A stretch of 64,000 bases of DNA from Eledone cirrhosa. Taxonomy: Eukaryota. The stretch lies in the NCBI GenBank assembly GCA_964016885.1, contig OZ024741.1, forward strand, positions 53,196,001-53,260,000, written 5' to 3'. Both the position numbers and the translations under genes were made by a program. Of the stretch, positions 26,209 through 39,366 are shown piece by piece; positions within the stretch are counted from its first letter, which is position 1, and each line of letters starts with the position of its first letter. Under the pieces are notes generated by a model. That model saw nothing but the letters and a program-made list of their open reading frames with translations. It was not told the origin of the DNA and ran no database searches.

Positions 26209-27922
26209 TCGAAATATAATACGTGAATGTAATAGATAAAAGCCATGGGGCTGAAAATCGAGGACCCGAGGGCGACCGCTATTCTGCTCCTTCAACCTCA
26301 GCCGGTCGCCCTCGAGTGACGTGGCTAAAGTTTACAGTGTGCTACTACCAGTCAGATAAACGAAAACGGAAAGGGATGGGAACATAATTTACCGTCAATC
26401 TCATGCCACAAGATAAAAGAAAGAAAGAAAGGAAGGAGAGAGAAGAAGGGGGAAGGAAGAAGAAGAGAAGCCAGGGTTAATGTCAGCTATAAGAAGAAAG
26501 ACAACTACTACCGGTCAGATATAGGCAAACAAAAGGGGGAAGGAAGATAAGTCTGCGGGAGGAAGACAGGAAGGGGGGAGGTGAGAAGGAAGAGAAGGGA
26601 GAAGTAGAAAAGTAAGGGTTGATGGCTACAAGAAGGAAGATAGAAAGAAAGAGGGAGAAAGGTCGATATTAATGTCAGACCACAGTCAGGCCAGGGGTGG
26701 CGCGAGAAAATGTTCACAGGGACCCGCATCTTAGCAGAGGTGAATATATTGGGGGTCAGTGTGTTACAATGTTTAGACTTATAGGATGAAGTTAAAAAAT
26801 TAATAATCAATATTCAATATTAAAGAGGTTAGAAAATTTAAAGTTAAACAGTTTAACATTTTCAGGTTGATATATCTAATAGTTCCGATTTGATCTGTAA
26901 TTTAAAGGTACTATGTGGCGGTTAAAACACCGGCCGCGCTTCGGGCCCCAGGGCGAATTAGGCTACGCCGAGTATTTTCATTTACCGAAAGAAGCAGAAA
27001 TTTATTTTTCCAAGCACTCCGTGCGCGCCGCCATTAAAACCCACCCAGCAGTCCGACAGAAAGCTGGAACCTTAAAATATTGCTTAACTTTATAGGACGA
27101 AGTTGAAAGAGTTCAGAATAACATTACAAAATTCAAGAGTAAGAAGATTGAGAATTGAACAAACAGAAAATTGAAAATTATAATGTGTGAGAATTGAACA
27201 AACAGAAAATTAAAAATTTTGACCTTTAAATTACAGATCAAATCGGAACTATTAGATATATCAACCTGAAAATGTTAAACTGTTTAACTTTAAATTTTCT
27301 AACCTCTTCAATATTGAATATTGATTATTAATTTTTTAACTTCATCCTATAAGTCTAAACATTGTAACAGACTGACCCCCAATATATTCACCTCTGCTAA
27401 GATGCGGGTCGCTGTGAACATTTTCTCGCGCCACTCCTGGCCTGACTGTGGTCTGACATTAATATCGACCTTTCTCCCTCTTTCTTTCTATCTTCCTTCT
27501 TGTAGCCATCAACCCTTACTTTTCTACTTCTCCCTTCTCTTCCTTCTCTCCTCCCCCCTTCCTGTCTTCCTCCCACAGACTTATCTTCCTTCCCCGTTTT
27601 GTTTGCTTATATCTGACCGGTAGTAGTTGTCTTTCTTCTTATAGCTGACATTAACCCTGGCTTCTCTTCTTCTTCCTTCCCCCTTCTTCTCTCTCCTTCC
27701 TTTCTTTCTCTCTTTTATCATGTGGCATGAGATTGACGCTAACTTATGTTCCCATCCCTTTCCGTTTTCGTTTATCTGACTGGTAGTAGCACACTGTAAA
27801 CTTTAGCCACGTCACTCGAGGGCGACCGGCTGAGGTTGAAGGAGCAGAATAGCGGTCGCCCTCGGGTCCTCGATTTTCAGCCCCATGGATTTTATCTATT
27901 ACATTCACGTATTATATTTTGA

Positions 27923-27980
27923 ATACCTGATGATATCACCGGATTCATACGGAACCCGCTCATTGAAATGATCATAGTAT
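27923..27980 (+). ncRNA. PLE-type hammerhead
   Basis: ATAC-CTGATGA-TATCACCGGATTC ATACG GAACCCGCTCATT-GAAA-TGATCA-TA-GTAT, then AATAAA. Confidence 0.65.
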
Positions 27981-28028
27981 AATAAACCTTTCAAGGATTT
28001 ACACAAATCCAGCCTCCTGTCATTTCAT

Positions 28029-28116
<88 letters not shown>

Positions 28117-28236
28117 ATAGAGGGCGGGGGGGGGGGAGAAAGAGAGAGAGAGAGTTTGTACAAAGATACACAACACCAAATCTAACACAACACCACACAC
28201 ATATACACACAAACACACATATACACACAAACTTAC

Positions 28237-28501
28237 AAACAGACGTATAGCTATCACTTGTCGGCAGATGAAAATTACGATTGCCGTAAATACAAGCAAA
28301 TAATTCCATCTTTTCAAGTAAAAGCTGTAATATGTTCAAGTCTTTGATATCAGCCATTGTACTGTCAACGACATGGAATCCATTACGAAATTAACCATTC
28401 TTTCAAATTGACGCAAATGATACCAATCATTCAAACAGATATCAACAGGGTCCTTTATTTTTTCGTCTTTTCTTTGTTCAAGTTATTGCGTTCTAAATTA
28501 C
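28237..28501 (-). other. Possible host exon (unverified)
   Basis: Unique sequence bounded on minus by a TCTCTTTTCTTAGCAG acceptor and GTAAGT donor; ACAATGG start giving MADIKDLNILQLLLEKMELF...; no family recognised. Confidence 0.22.
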
Positions 28502-28570
28502 CTGCTAAGAAAAGAGACTCAGTATTTCTATAAATATAAAAATATATGACTTAATTATATATATATATAC

Positions 28571-28664
<94 letters not shown>

Positions 28665-29014
28665 GATAAATCTACCAAAATGTACAGTAGTGTCCAATCC
28701 GTATGAAGAACTCAATGTAATCCGAATATCATGAAAAGAGAAGATGTATTCAAACATTTTTTTTTTCCGATGAAAAATAGAGGAAAACAGAGTCAAGATA
28801 AATTAATAAAAAAATAATGAATATTATTTCTGAAGACAGCATATATATGTGTAGGTATGTATATTCCCTCTGATAGTTTGTAAAAATTTTACATAGATCT
28901 ATATGATATACATACCAACACAAACATATATATCCTAGAAACGATCGTAAAATGATGAATTTTTTAATATAAGGAACTGTTTCTTTGTTTTTATTCATTA
29001 TTTTTTTATTAAGT

Positions 29015-29046
<32 letters not shown>

Positions 29047-29150
29047 AAGAGTGAAAAGTAACATGGTCGACTGTACAAAAAGGGTTTTATTTACAGTATT
29101 AACAATTGTTTCATTGATCACAAACACACACACACACACACACACACACG

Positions 29151-29182
<32 letters not shown>

Positions 29183-29217
29183 ATATAAGATCAAAAGATG
29201 GTTAAAGGAGTTCCATG

Positions 29218-29288
29218 TATTTTATTATGCGCATTTCAAAAACAAACATCATCATGCAATAATATTTGTGTTTTCATCAGATAAAACA
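29218..29288 (-). ncRNA. Hammerhead ribozyme at the 3' end of the PLE
   Basis: Minus: TGTTTTAT-CTGATGA-AAACACAAATATTAT..ATGATGTTTGTTTTT-GAAA-TGCGCA-TA-ATAAAATA; all three stems pair; stem III palindrome ATGCGCAT. Confidence 0.85.
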
Positions 29289-30311
29289 GGAGAACATGAT
29301 ATGAAGGCTAAAAAACACTTGTGGATAGTGCAGTTTTAAATCAACATATGAAAAGTGGTTTTAGATTGATGTGTGATATTGGGAAAAATATTTTATTTAG
29401 AGAGGGGGGGGGGAGGATGAAAAAGGGGAGGAGATGAGAGGGAGAGATGGGTGATAGAGAGAAAGAGATAGTTTTTATAACTGAGAGGAGATATATTGTT
29501 TAACATAGAGAGGTTGAAAACCGTTGGAAGATAATGTATAAATTAAAAGAATTTGAAAATTAACGAAGGGAGGATATGTGCGAGGAAAAAATATTTTATT
29601 TAGTGAGGGGGGGGAAAGGATGAAAAAAGGGGGAGGAGATGAGAGTGAAGGTGGAGAGGGAGAGATGGGTGATAGAGAGAAAGAGATAGTTTTTATAACT
29701 GAGAAAAAGATATATTGTTTTACATAGAGAGGTTGAGAACCGTTGGAAGATAATGTATAAATTAAAGGAATTTGAAAATTAACGAAGGGAATTTATGTAT
29801 GAAGATAGAGAGAAAAAATAATAATTGTGGATGAATATTCTAACGTCAAAAAAAGTGTATGTTGATAAGTATTGTGGCAATTTCAAAATTAACGAAGAGA
29901 AAAATTATTAAGGTTTGTGTGTAGAAGGATTTGAGAAAAATAATGTGAAGTTAAAGTTTGTATATTGAAGGAATTGATAATATATGCGAATAAAGAGTTA
30001 ATATGTATTAAGAATGAGTTCGTTGATGGGGAGAAAAAAAATAATAAATTAAGGATGAAATTGAGATTAAAAAGTTTTATGATAGAGAGAAAAAATAATA
30101 ATGATTGCGGATGAATATTCTAACGTCAAAAAACAAATGTATATGTTATGAAGTATTTTACAAGGTGAAGATAGAAAGAGGGTAATGAGTAAACAAGTAT
30201 TATAGAGTGTGTAATGCCCTTTAAAGTAAGGTAGGAAGATGGGTATATTTTAAAGAGGTGTATGTATATGTGCCTTTGAGAAAAGATTCTAAATTGATAA
30301 AGAATTGAATA

Positions 30312-30908
30312 TTAACTGTATACTTTGTGAAAAGTTCTATGGAATTTATGCAGCCAGATAGAAAACAAATATGTACGTCTATTTATTATAGAATCTAGGT
30401 TAGAGATAATGGTAAATTTTTCATTTAGGCAGAGATTACAGATTTTAGATAGAGAGCTGTTCAAGTATGAGGATGCAGAAGAAACCTTCTTCCAAAAGAT
30501 GGTATATTTAATGTTTTTGTCTTTCAAGGACCATATGAGTTCTGAGAGAGCCGTGTTGGTTCTTTTAAGTTTGTATTTGAAAGATGAATGATGATTATAG
30601 AGACGAGCCTTAAAAGAGGTGGAAGTGGAGCCAAAATAGGTGAAGGAATTGGTGCTAGTTATAATTTTACATTCATAAATTAAGTTTTTATCGAGACAAT
30701 GGTTGTTGAGAGGACATTTATTTTTAATGCGGCAGTTGCAATTAGAGAGATTATTAATGAGTGACCTAGTGTTATCTATAGAAGGAATTGGATTGGAGAA
30801 GTTGTTTGCGATAGGAATAATAGGAATAATAGTTTCTTGATTTAGAGTTGGATTATGAACATTTAGCGAAGTTGTGTTTGGCGTTGTATTTGTTTTACAG
30901 AAGTTAGC
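30312..30908 (-). pseudogene. PLE linker + GIY-YIG endonuclease (frameshifted from RT)
   Basis: Manual translation: CNCRIKNKCPLNNHCLDKNLIYECKI..YFGSTSTSFKARLYNH..ALSELIWSLK..CNLCLNEK; different frame from the RT ORF. Confidence 0.88.
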
Positions 30909-32707
30909 CTAGGGTTTACAATGACGTCGGGAGTACTATTACTGTTATTATGAAATTCAATGTTGGAAGGAAGAGATTTAGTATTTAGTATTTTATTGTT
31001 GTGTTTAGAGATGATGTTGGAAATATTGGAGGATGTAGAATAAGAAAATTTGATGGTGTGTTTGTTAAATATTTTACTATAGATATGTGAGGGAGGGAAG
31101 CATTTATTTAAGGCACTAAAAAATAATTTAGGAATATTGTTATTAATAGAGATGGAGAAAGGAGCATTATACCAGATTATGTTTTTGTATCTAGGTCTTT
31201 TATTAAAATTATTGGAATGATCATGATTAATTATTCTACTGTAAGTTTTTCTAGAATTAGTTTCTTTGCTATATTTGATTTTATCTGGATAGCCGGCTTT
31301 AGAAAGTGCGTTATTATAGTAATTAGCGTTAGCATCAAAGATGTTTTTATTAGAAGATATGTTAGATATTCTTTTTCCAATATTACTAACTATAGCATTC
31401 TTGATATTGGTAGGATGGTTAGATTTAAAGTTAACATAATTTAGGTTCTCATTGTTTTTATGGTAAGGGTAATATAGGCCAGTGTCAAGATTAAGAGATA
31501 CATCCAAGAAATTAGCTAGTTTGATACTATTATCAAATTCAATTTTTAGGTTATGTTGGTTAAAGAGATTACGTATATTGTTCTTAATAATATTAAGGTT
31601 AACTATATTGCAATTTAGGATAGTAAAGAGTCCATCGTCACGATAAATTCCACCGCGAAGTTGAGGAATTTTCCGACTCAAAGAGTTCAAAATGAAGATA
31701 CCAATTAAATCAGTCAATTGGGATGAATCGGATGCTCCCATTGTGATGTCGAAGTTGTTAGAGGTATCGGCTCTGGTCCAATATTCGTTGTTGAACTCTA
31801 GGATGGTTTTACGTGCGGTGAGGATGATGTGAAATTCATCTGTGGTGATGTCAGAATATTTAAGTGCGAAAGATAGAGCATTATTGAGAAGTGAAGGCGA
31901 AATGGAGGAATAGTAGCTGGCAATATCAAATTGAATAAATTTTAGTTTGTTTTTATTATCCAATTTGTTGAACCAGCCAATCACTTCAGAAGTACCAAAC
32001 CATAAATTTAGGTTCAAAGAAGAGCAATTAGAACTAACCTGTGGGATAATTCTATCCAAGATGGCTTTACTAACAACCCCCAGATCAGATTTAGAGGGGG
32101 CGATTAATCTAACAGGTAGTTCAGTGCGAAAATTGTTTTTGTGATCCTTGAGATTTATCCTCGGAGTTCTTGGGAGGAATGGTTCGGTCTTTTTTTCAAT
32201 GCCAAGTTTTGACATAATCTCAGAGGCTTCAAGGTTTATGTATTCTAAATTTTCATGGTTGGTTTTACGATACTTTTTACTAAGTTCCTTTCGGATAAGG
32301 TTGTTATAATTATCCTTGGAAATACCATATAAGTTATTGGTTTTGTCAGAGTGGACTAAAACATTTTTTGAGGAATTTAGGTTAGAGATTGTGTTCTTGA
32401 GATTTACAAGGTGCTCTTGTCCTTTGTAAAGGTATCTCTTAAATTTAAGATTTTTTATTATTTTAGTTAATTCTTCCTCGAATTGTACTACATTTTTGTT
32501 GGAAGGAGGATTTCGTCTAGAATTAAAAAGATGATCGAGGAAGTTATGTTCTTTGGTATGGAAGTTCCCTTTTAGGTGCTGGTCATAGAAATAGGCTGTC
32601 CATCTAAGTCTTCTTACGAAGGAGTCAGTTTTTTCAATAAGAAGTTTGGTGAATTCAGATTTACCAGGTATAGGAATGTCTTTAGTTGAATTGGTTATGT
32701 TCTTATA
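30863..32707 (-). CDS. PLE reverse transcriptase (open frame extends 164 codons upstream of the listed ATG at 32215)
   Basis: Upstream in-frame STKDIPIP..LIEK...FVRRLRW..SDKT; RT motifs LKDHK, RLI.P, FDIASYYSSI, MGA.DS, IYRDDG, FLDV. Confidence 0.9.
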   Translation of the reverse strand, partial: YKNITNSTKDIPIPGKSEFTKLLIEKTDSFVRRLRWTAYFYDQHLKGNFHTKEHNFLDHLFNSRRNPPSNKNVVQFEEELTKIIKNLKFKRYLYKGQEHLVNLKNTISNLNSSKNVLVHSDKTNNLYGISKDNYNNLIRKELSKKYRKTNHENLEYINLEASEIMSKLGIEKKTEPFLPRTPRINLKDHKNNFRTELPVRLIAPSKSDLGVVSKAILDRIIPQVSSNCSSLNLNLWFGTSEVIGWFNKLDNKNKLKFIQFDIASYYSSISPSLLNNALSFALKYSDITTDEFHIILTARKTILEFNNEYWTRADTSNNFDITMGASDSSQLTDLIGIFILNSLSRKIPQLRGGIYRDDGLFTILNCNIVNLNIIKNNIRNLFNQHNLKIEFDNSIKLANFLDVSLNLDTGLYYPYHKNNENLNYVNFKSNHPTNIKNAIVSNIGKRISNISSNKNIFDANANYYNNALSKAGYPDKIKYSKETNSRKTYSRIINHDHSNNFNKRPRYKNIIWYNAPFSISINNNIPKLFFSALNKCFPPSHIYSKIFNKHTIKFSYSTSSNISNIISKHNNKILNTKSLPSNIEFHNNSNSTPDVIVNPRLTSVKQIQRQTQLR

Positions 32708-32794
32708 TTATGTATACTCTAGTCCTACAAACTGTAGAGTGCTTCTTATCCGATATCTGCATTGCTTTATTGTACTACAATAAAACTCACCTCC

Positions 32795-32927
<133 letters not shown>

Positions 32928-32930
32928 ATG

Positions 32931-32964
<34 letters not shown>

Positions 32965-33292
32965 TGTATGTATGTATGTATGTATGTATATGAATAAGAG
33001 TTAATAGAAAGTCACGTGCACTGTACTTAGTTCCCTCTCGAGATTCAACGTGGTTGCTAAATCGCCGACTGTTTTAAAAATAAGAGCAGGGCCGATTGAA
33101 AAACGTAGTCCTACATTCCCATGGAAATACGATTGTCCTAATTCCATATATGTATATATAAATATAAATATACATATACATATATATATATATATATATA
33201 CATACACACACACACCTACAAACACACACATATATATATATGTATATATACACACACACACACACACGCGCGCGCGCACACATATATATATG

Positions 33293-33362
<70 letters not shown>

Positions 33363-33504
33363 CATACACATACATACACACACATACACACATACCAACA
33401 CACACACACACATATACACATATTTATATATATATAGAGAGAGAGAGAGTGACAGAGAAAGAGAGAGAGACAGACAGACAGATAGATAGATAGATAGATA
33501 GATA

Positions 33505-33748
33505 GATAAATGTCTTTATTATCCACAAGGGCACAAAAGAAGGGGACAAATACAAATGGGGAGTTTACATACAGGTATATGAAAATAAAACTGTTAACAC
33601 AATAACAAATAACAATTGAAATCCCCAATAGGGGGGAGGTGTTACACAGGGGTTGTACACACTCCGAAAAAATGTACATACCTCATCTCCAGGAGCACCA
33701 AGAGTGAGTACTCCCTTCCTCTCATCCTCTTTTTCCTCAACCTACAGG

Positions 33749-33750
<2 letters not shown>
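33505..33750 (-). mobile_element. 3' end of a non-LTR element (L1/Tx1-like) ending in AATAAA + (TATC)n
   Basis: Minus ...GTGCCCTTGTGGATAATAAAGACATTTATC(TATC)n; family assignment is weak. Confidence 0.35.
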
Positions 33751-33810
<60 letters not shown>

Positions 33811-33818
<8 letters not shown>

Positions 33819-34017
33819 TAACAGATTAAAGTTTAAGCAAAGAATCGCTGCTTTCACCCTTAACGGCATCTTCCCGTTAAGGGTGAAAGCAGCGATTCTT
33901 TGCTTAAACTTTAACCTGTTATTTTAATAAATATTTGCTCTACGGTTCTTATATATTTGATATAGATTTATCCCTATCGAGCCCTCTTTGGATTTTAGTC
34001 TTCAAATTTATTATTAT

Positions 34018-34021
<4 letters not shown>
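33811..34021. repeat. 56-bp fold-back with one arm extended into a tail; dispersed family
   Basis: Arms 33811-33866 / 33874-33929; other pieces at 8290-8400, 8831-8895, 35613-35668, 38800-38850 and 38950-38980. Confidence 0.85.
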
Positions 34022-34076
<55 letters not shown>

Positions 34077-34098
34077 TGTATATATATATATAGGAAAG

Positions 34099-34295
34099 TG
34101 TATGACCCCGACGGCAGAGCTCAAGCCGTTTCGACGGCTATTTCTGGACTGAATTTAGTCCAGAATAGCCATCGAAACGGCTTGAGCTCTGCCGTCGGGG
34201 TCATACATTTTTCTATTACGCACTCTACTACACTAAGTATTGAGTACTGTGGTGCGTTATGGTCAATCTGGTTCCTTACCTCAACTCACTCGTTA
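34099..34295. mobile_element. Fold-back of two 3' half-hammerheads plus tail
   Basis: Arms 34099-34150 / 34157-34207; GAAA-CGGC..GCCG-TC-GGGGT on each strand; CTGANGA half absent. Confidence 0.75.
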
Positions 34296-34325
34296 TATAT
34301 ATATATATATATATATAACACTTTG

Positions 34326-34365
<40 letters not shown>

Positions 34366-34394
34366 CAAAGTGTCGTGACCGCGACAGATGAGCT

Positions 34395-34612
34395 TTATCT
34401 CTTCCAACAGCCAGTGGTAGACATTGATATATATATATATACGTATCCTCCGTTTTCCCAATAACTTACCCAGTTATTGAACGCTCTGGGGGTAGATATA
34501 TTGTCTTTAAAACGTTGAAATATCCGAGACCCCCAGTAGACAACTGGTGAGGAAACCCCCCTCCGTTCTTGCTTTCTTCTTATTCTCATTCCATTTTTAA
34601 GCCTAACTTAAC
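34395..34612 (-). mobile_element. Possible L1/Tx1 ORF2 C-terminal remnant
   Basis: Minus translation ends ..RAFNNWVSYW, resembling the Trp-rich L1/Tx1 C-terminus. Confidence 0.3.
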
Positions 34613-34659
34613 TACCGACTACACAGCCATCCTATTTTCCATATATTTATATATATATA

Positions 34660-34776
<117 letters not shown>

Positions 34777-35213
34777 ACTGCGTATATTTTCATATTTCGT
34801 AATATAACGTTAGATCTGCAGTAAATATCTATATTTTTTTAAATCGTATAATATGAATATATCTTTTCTGAATCTCTCTATATACAAGTTCATTTTAGAA
34901 AAGCTGTTAATACTTATGACGACATTTTTTTAACTGTAAACTCTAAAATACAAATAACAATATATTTCTTTCAGACTACAATATTTTTTAACTGTATTCT
35001 TAACTCTAAACTGTTATCGTGGACTCTACAACACAAACAATATATTTCTCTCAGACTAAGATATTTTTTTACTTAATCTCAACTAAAATTCTATCGTGAT
35101 ATCTTGACACGTGATTTGTGTATTACTTGTTCTAAATATTTTCCTATGTGACTTGTATCGGTATTTAAATAAACTCCGATGACACCCATGGTCTATACTC
35201 AATAATGACGTAT

Positions 35214-35575
35214 CTATATTATAAAGCTGACGGCCATATGTATGTAACAAACACTTTGCCAAACGGCTGGACCAAACAGCACTAAATTTGCACCATAGAT
35301 ATTACTTTTTCCAAGTAAGAAAGTGAGGGTATTTTTGTCTACTAAATTTAGTTAAAAGATTAAAGATATGTTATTATTTATTTAAATACTCACTTCTTTA
35401 AACATTTCAGATGTCAACACTTCCGGTTGTGCGACATTCCTCTCTATTTCTTAGTCTGTCTTTTTAGATAGATACATAACTATAACGTCGCGCCCTTATA
35501 TGGTGCAAATTAGGTGGTGTTTGGTCCAGCCGTTTGGCGAAAAGTTTGTTACCTACATACGGCCGTCAGCTTTAT

Positions 35576-35580
<5 letters not shown>
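35214..35580. mobile_element. Inverted pair of Helitron-like 5' termini (about 83-bp arms)
   Basis: TCTATATTATAAAGCTGA..TATGTATGTAAC..AACGGCTGGACCAAA..AAATTTG and its reverse complement at about 35499-35580. Confidence 0.6.
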
Positions 35581-35617
<37 letters not shown>

Positions 35618-35663
35618 GGGTGAAAGCAGCGATTCTTTGTTTAAACTTTAATCTGTTATTTTA

Positions 35664-35803
<140 letters not shown>

Positions 35804-36939
35804 GTGTGTGTGTGTACGCGACTCTCTGTCAGTGGATACATATGTGAGTCACCAACGGGACACCATGAAGTTGCTCTACGCTGGTTATTATACTTTCTTA
35901 ATAGTTAATACCTTTTAGGTAGAAACTAATGTACTCGGATGTTACTACAAAAACTGGCAAATATATCATTAATTTAGTCTTTAGATTTTTTCTGGCAATT
36001 ACATTGTAAATAAAAATCTGTTCAACCATCTCAGGCAGTTCCTTAGCTGCCGCTGCTGTTAATAGTGTATTTAATTAATATTTCATGTGAAATATATATC
36101 ATCTGTTCAAGATGTCAGTATGTCACATGTGATTCAAACAATGAACTATAAAAATAATTTACTATATAAGGTACTGAATAAGGATCACATGCCAAAAATA
36201 TTTAGTTAATTGAAATGTTCTTCTTTGCTGTAGGAACAAATTATAACGTTGTGGCCAAGAATTTTTAATCTTGCAAATAATATCATTGGCTACGTTTCTC
36301 ATAACTATTCAATACTCTTTGGTAGATTGATAAAGGCTGTGGCGAATTGGTTGAGTAGTTAGAGAGTTCGATAGCATGGCGTGACATTAAGAGGTCGATA
36401 AATAAAGTACCAGTAAATAACTGGGTTCACTGCTTATCATACACTTTCGGAAATGTATATAGCCAACAAGATGTCGTCGAATTAAAGTACTCGAAGAAAC
36501 ACAACGGGAAACCATGTTTCTACTCTCTTAATATTTACCGCCAAGCACGTAATGCTTGTGGAAGCGACTAGCTCTCGTTCGTTGATCTGTTGGCGCAAGC
36601 GGGGGTGAATTTTATATTTATCATTATCGGTATTTCAGATATATAAGCCATCGTTTCATTAAGTTCGGGTTTTGAATTTCAATCCCAGCGATGGAAGACA
36701 GGGGGATGATTAAATGGAAGAATTGCAGGAGCTGATAGAATAATGCGCCAGCTTCAGCATTCGATCGTCCGAAGAGGGGAGGACGGTGTGAAATCCAAAC
36801 GCGCTATCTTTAATTCGATGTTCGTAGTAACCTTTCCCTATGGGTAACGAACGAAAGAATACCGTCGCGAATACAAGCGAATGAAATTGGGGTTCCTCCG
36901 AAGATGTAACGCTAGTCAAAAGGATGCACAGTTCGTTGG

Positions 36940-37230
36940 TCAGTGAGTCGCTTCAGATAGAGCCGCTACTCCTCCGAATCGAGAGATACTACGGACATGT
37001 GATTAGAATATCTAAGGAAAGAATACCTGGGTAGAATTTTACGGAGAACCCATCCAGCAGGAGATCCAGAAGTAGATAACGAGAAGATTGCTGGATAACA
37101 TCCACGATGCCGGTTTCGCTTAGGGATTCAGCCGGATCAATTCGAGACGGTTGCTTCTGATAAGACGCTCTGGAAGTGTAGTCTGGGGACTCTTCTCCAA
37201 CGACCCTCCTAGGTATAAATGAGTAAAGAA
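36940..37230 (+). mobile_element. Decayed RTE-like LINE C-terminal fragment
   Basis: Translates to RYYGHVIRISKERIP..RRSRSR..LDNI..VASDKTLWK with stops and frameshifts. Confidence 0.5.
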
Positions 37231-38296
37231 AAAGAGTCTCAACGAATCTAAGTTAAATATTACTTTCATACTTCCAGTATCCATGAAATAACTATCAGCA
37301 TCTGTATCGATTTATTGACGAAACATCTTCTCCCACCCTACTGAAAAATAAACGTGAAGTTTTGCCATGATAATAGTGTAGTAGAGGAGCAGAAACAGTA
37401 GAGTAACGGATAAAATCTGTTTACAAATTTAGTTACCTTTTTATTTAACGTCACGTGTTTCAATACTCGTGAGTAGAACCAATGTTTGATAAAACAATTC
37501 CCAGTCAAATATTTGCTATGGTATTTTGGAGTATACACTTCTGTTAGACAGCAAATTAGTCGACTAGCTGAAACGGTGGGTAAGAATATAAGGTATTTTT
37601 CCATCTTTCTGCGCACTGAGGTCAAATCTTACCGGAGCCACCTTTGCATTTCATTCTTTGGTGATCGATTAGTGCATTATGATTAAGTAAATTCAGAGCA
37701 GCGGATTAGAAGGTTAGTTAGAACAGGAGATGAGATATCCTGTAACTTCTGTTTTAGCCATGTACGTTTTGATGTTAGCATGAGAGATCACACTCTTGTT
37801 AAATTGTTTAGGCTCTTGCCTTTACCATGGACAACATAAATGGTGTTGAAAGAGAAGACCTACATGCAATGACATGTGTTGCTATTCCTTTATAGACCCT
37901 TGCTGGAGTTTAGCTTTGGATAGGAATTTTCCAGATGCAGATGTGTGGCCTCGTGAGAAAAACAGAGAACACGTATAATCTTTTCCCTCTAATTTTCTAA
38001 CCTTATGTTTAACACATGAAATATTAAGGTTTTTTCTAATGGAAGGCAGTTCTTTAGCAGAATCAGTATATCACCGGTGTAGCAATTTCATAATAACCTA
38101 ATTTCAGCACACCTCCCGGTAGAATGAAATCGATTTCGGGTTACCGTGGAAGGAGGTATGATGAAATCGATTTGAAATTACCCACGGGGTTAGCTTGAAA
38201 TCGAGGTCATCTTAACCCTCTATAATTTCATGTTACTCTTTGAAATCATTCTCCAATTTCCTCCGAACCCTGCGGTTATTATTATTATTATTATTA

Positions 38297-38510
38297 GGTG
38301 GGTGGATTGGCAGAATCGGTAGAGCGACGGACAACATGCTTAGCGGCATAGAGTTATGAAACTTTACGTTCTGAAATCAAATGCTACCGAGGTTAGCTTT
38401 GCCTTTCATCCTTACGGGGTCGATAAAATAAATTACCAATAACGCACAAGTGTTGATTTAATCGACTTTCCCCTCCCCTGAAATTGTTGGCCCTTTGCCT
38501 AAATCAAAAT
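38297..38510 (+). mobile_element. tRNA-derived SINE (octopod-type family)
   Basis: GGTGGATTGGCAGAATCGGTAGAGC head; core GCCTTTCATCCTTACGGGGTCGATAAAAT. Confidence 0.75.
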
Positions 38511-38774
38511 CATATAGCAATTTGAGTCACCTTTTCGCATGAAACTGAAAGAAATTTCCAACAGTAGTTAGATGTGAGTTGAAAGTTGGTATAGCCATAC
38601 ATCTCTCCATCTTTCTTAAATTTTGTAAATCATGAAACCTGTGAAACCAATAGAATTATAATTTATTGTAAATAACCCTTCTCCAATTGCATGTTTAACT
38701 TATTTTCCCTATATTTTTTATGTGTGTGGGATATATTTATAAAAATCTTACTTTCATATATATATATATAAAAG

Positions 38775-39300
<526 letters not shown>

Positions 39301-39366
39301 TTATGCAACGAATACAATTTTACAATAGATTAGAAGCACTCGACATTCATTTTTCTGGTGTATTTA

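Larger units (their letters stand above)
26100..28031. mobile_element. Large inverted repeat (810-bp arms, 312-bp spacer) of a hammerhead-terminated non-coding element
   Basis: Arms 26100-26909 / 27222-28031; mirrored ORFs 26508-26810 and 27321-27623 confirm the symmetry; hammerhead + AATAAA near each outer end. Confidence 0.9.

Noticed and set aside
26508-27623. Twin 100-aa ORFs and a 60-aa spacer ORF
   Set aside because: Mirror products of the inverted repeat in pyrimidine-rich sequence; no recognisable domain.
29384-30140. Repeats with spacer-like intervals considered as CRISPR-like
   Set aside because: Long degenerate tandem units in a PLE 3' UTR; eukaryotic context, no regular short repeat-spacer array and no cas genes.
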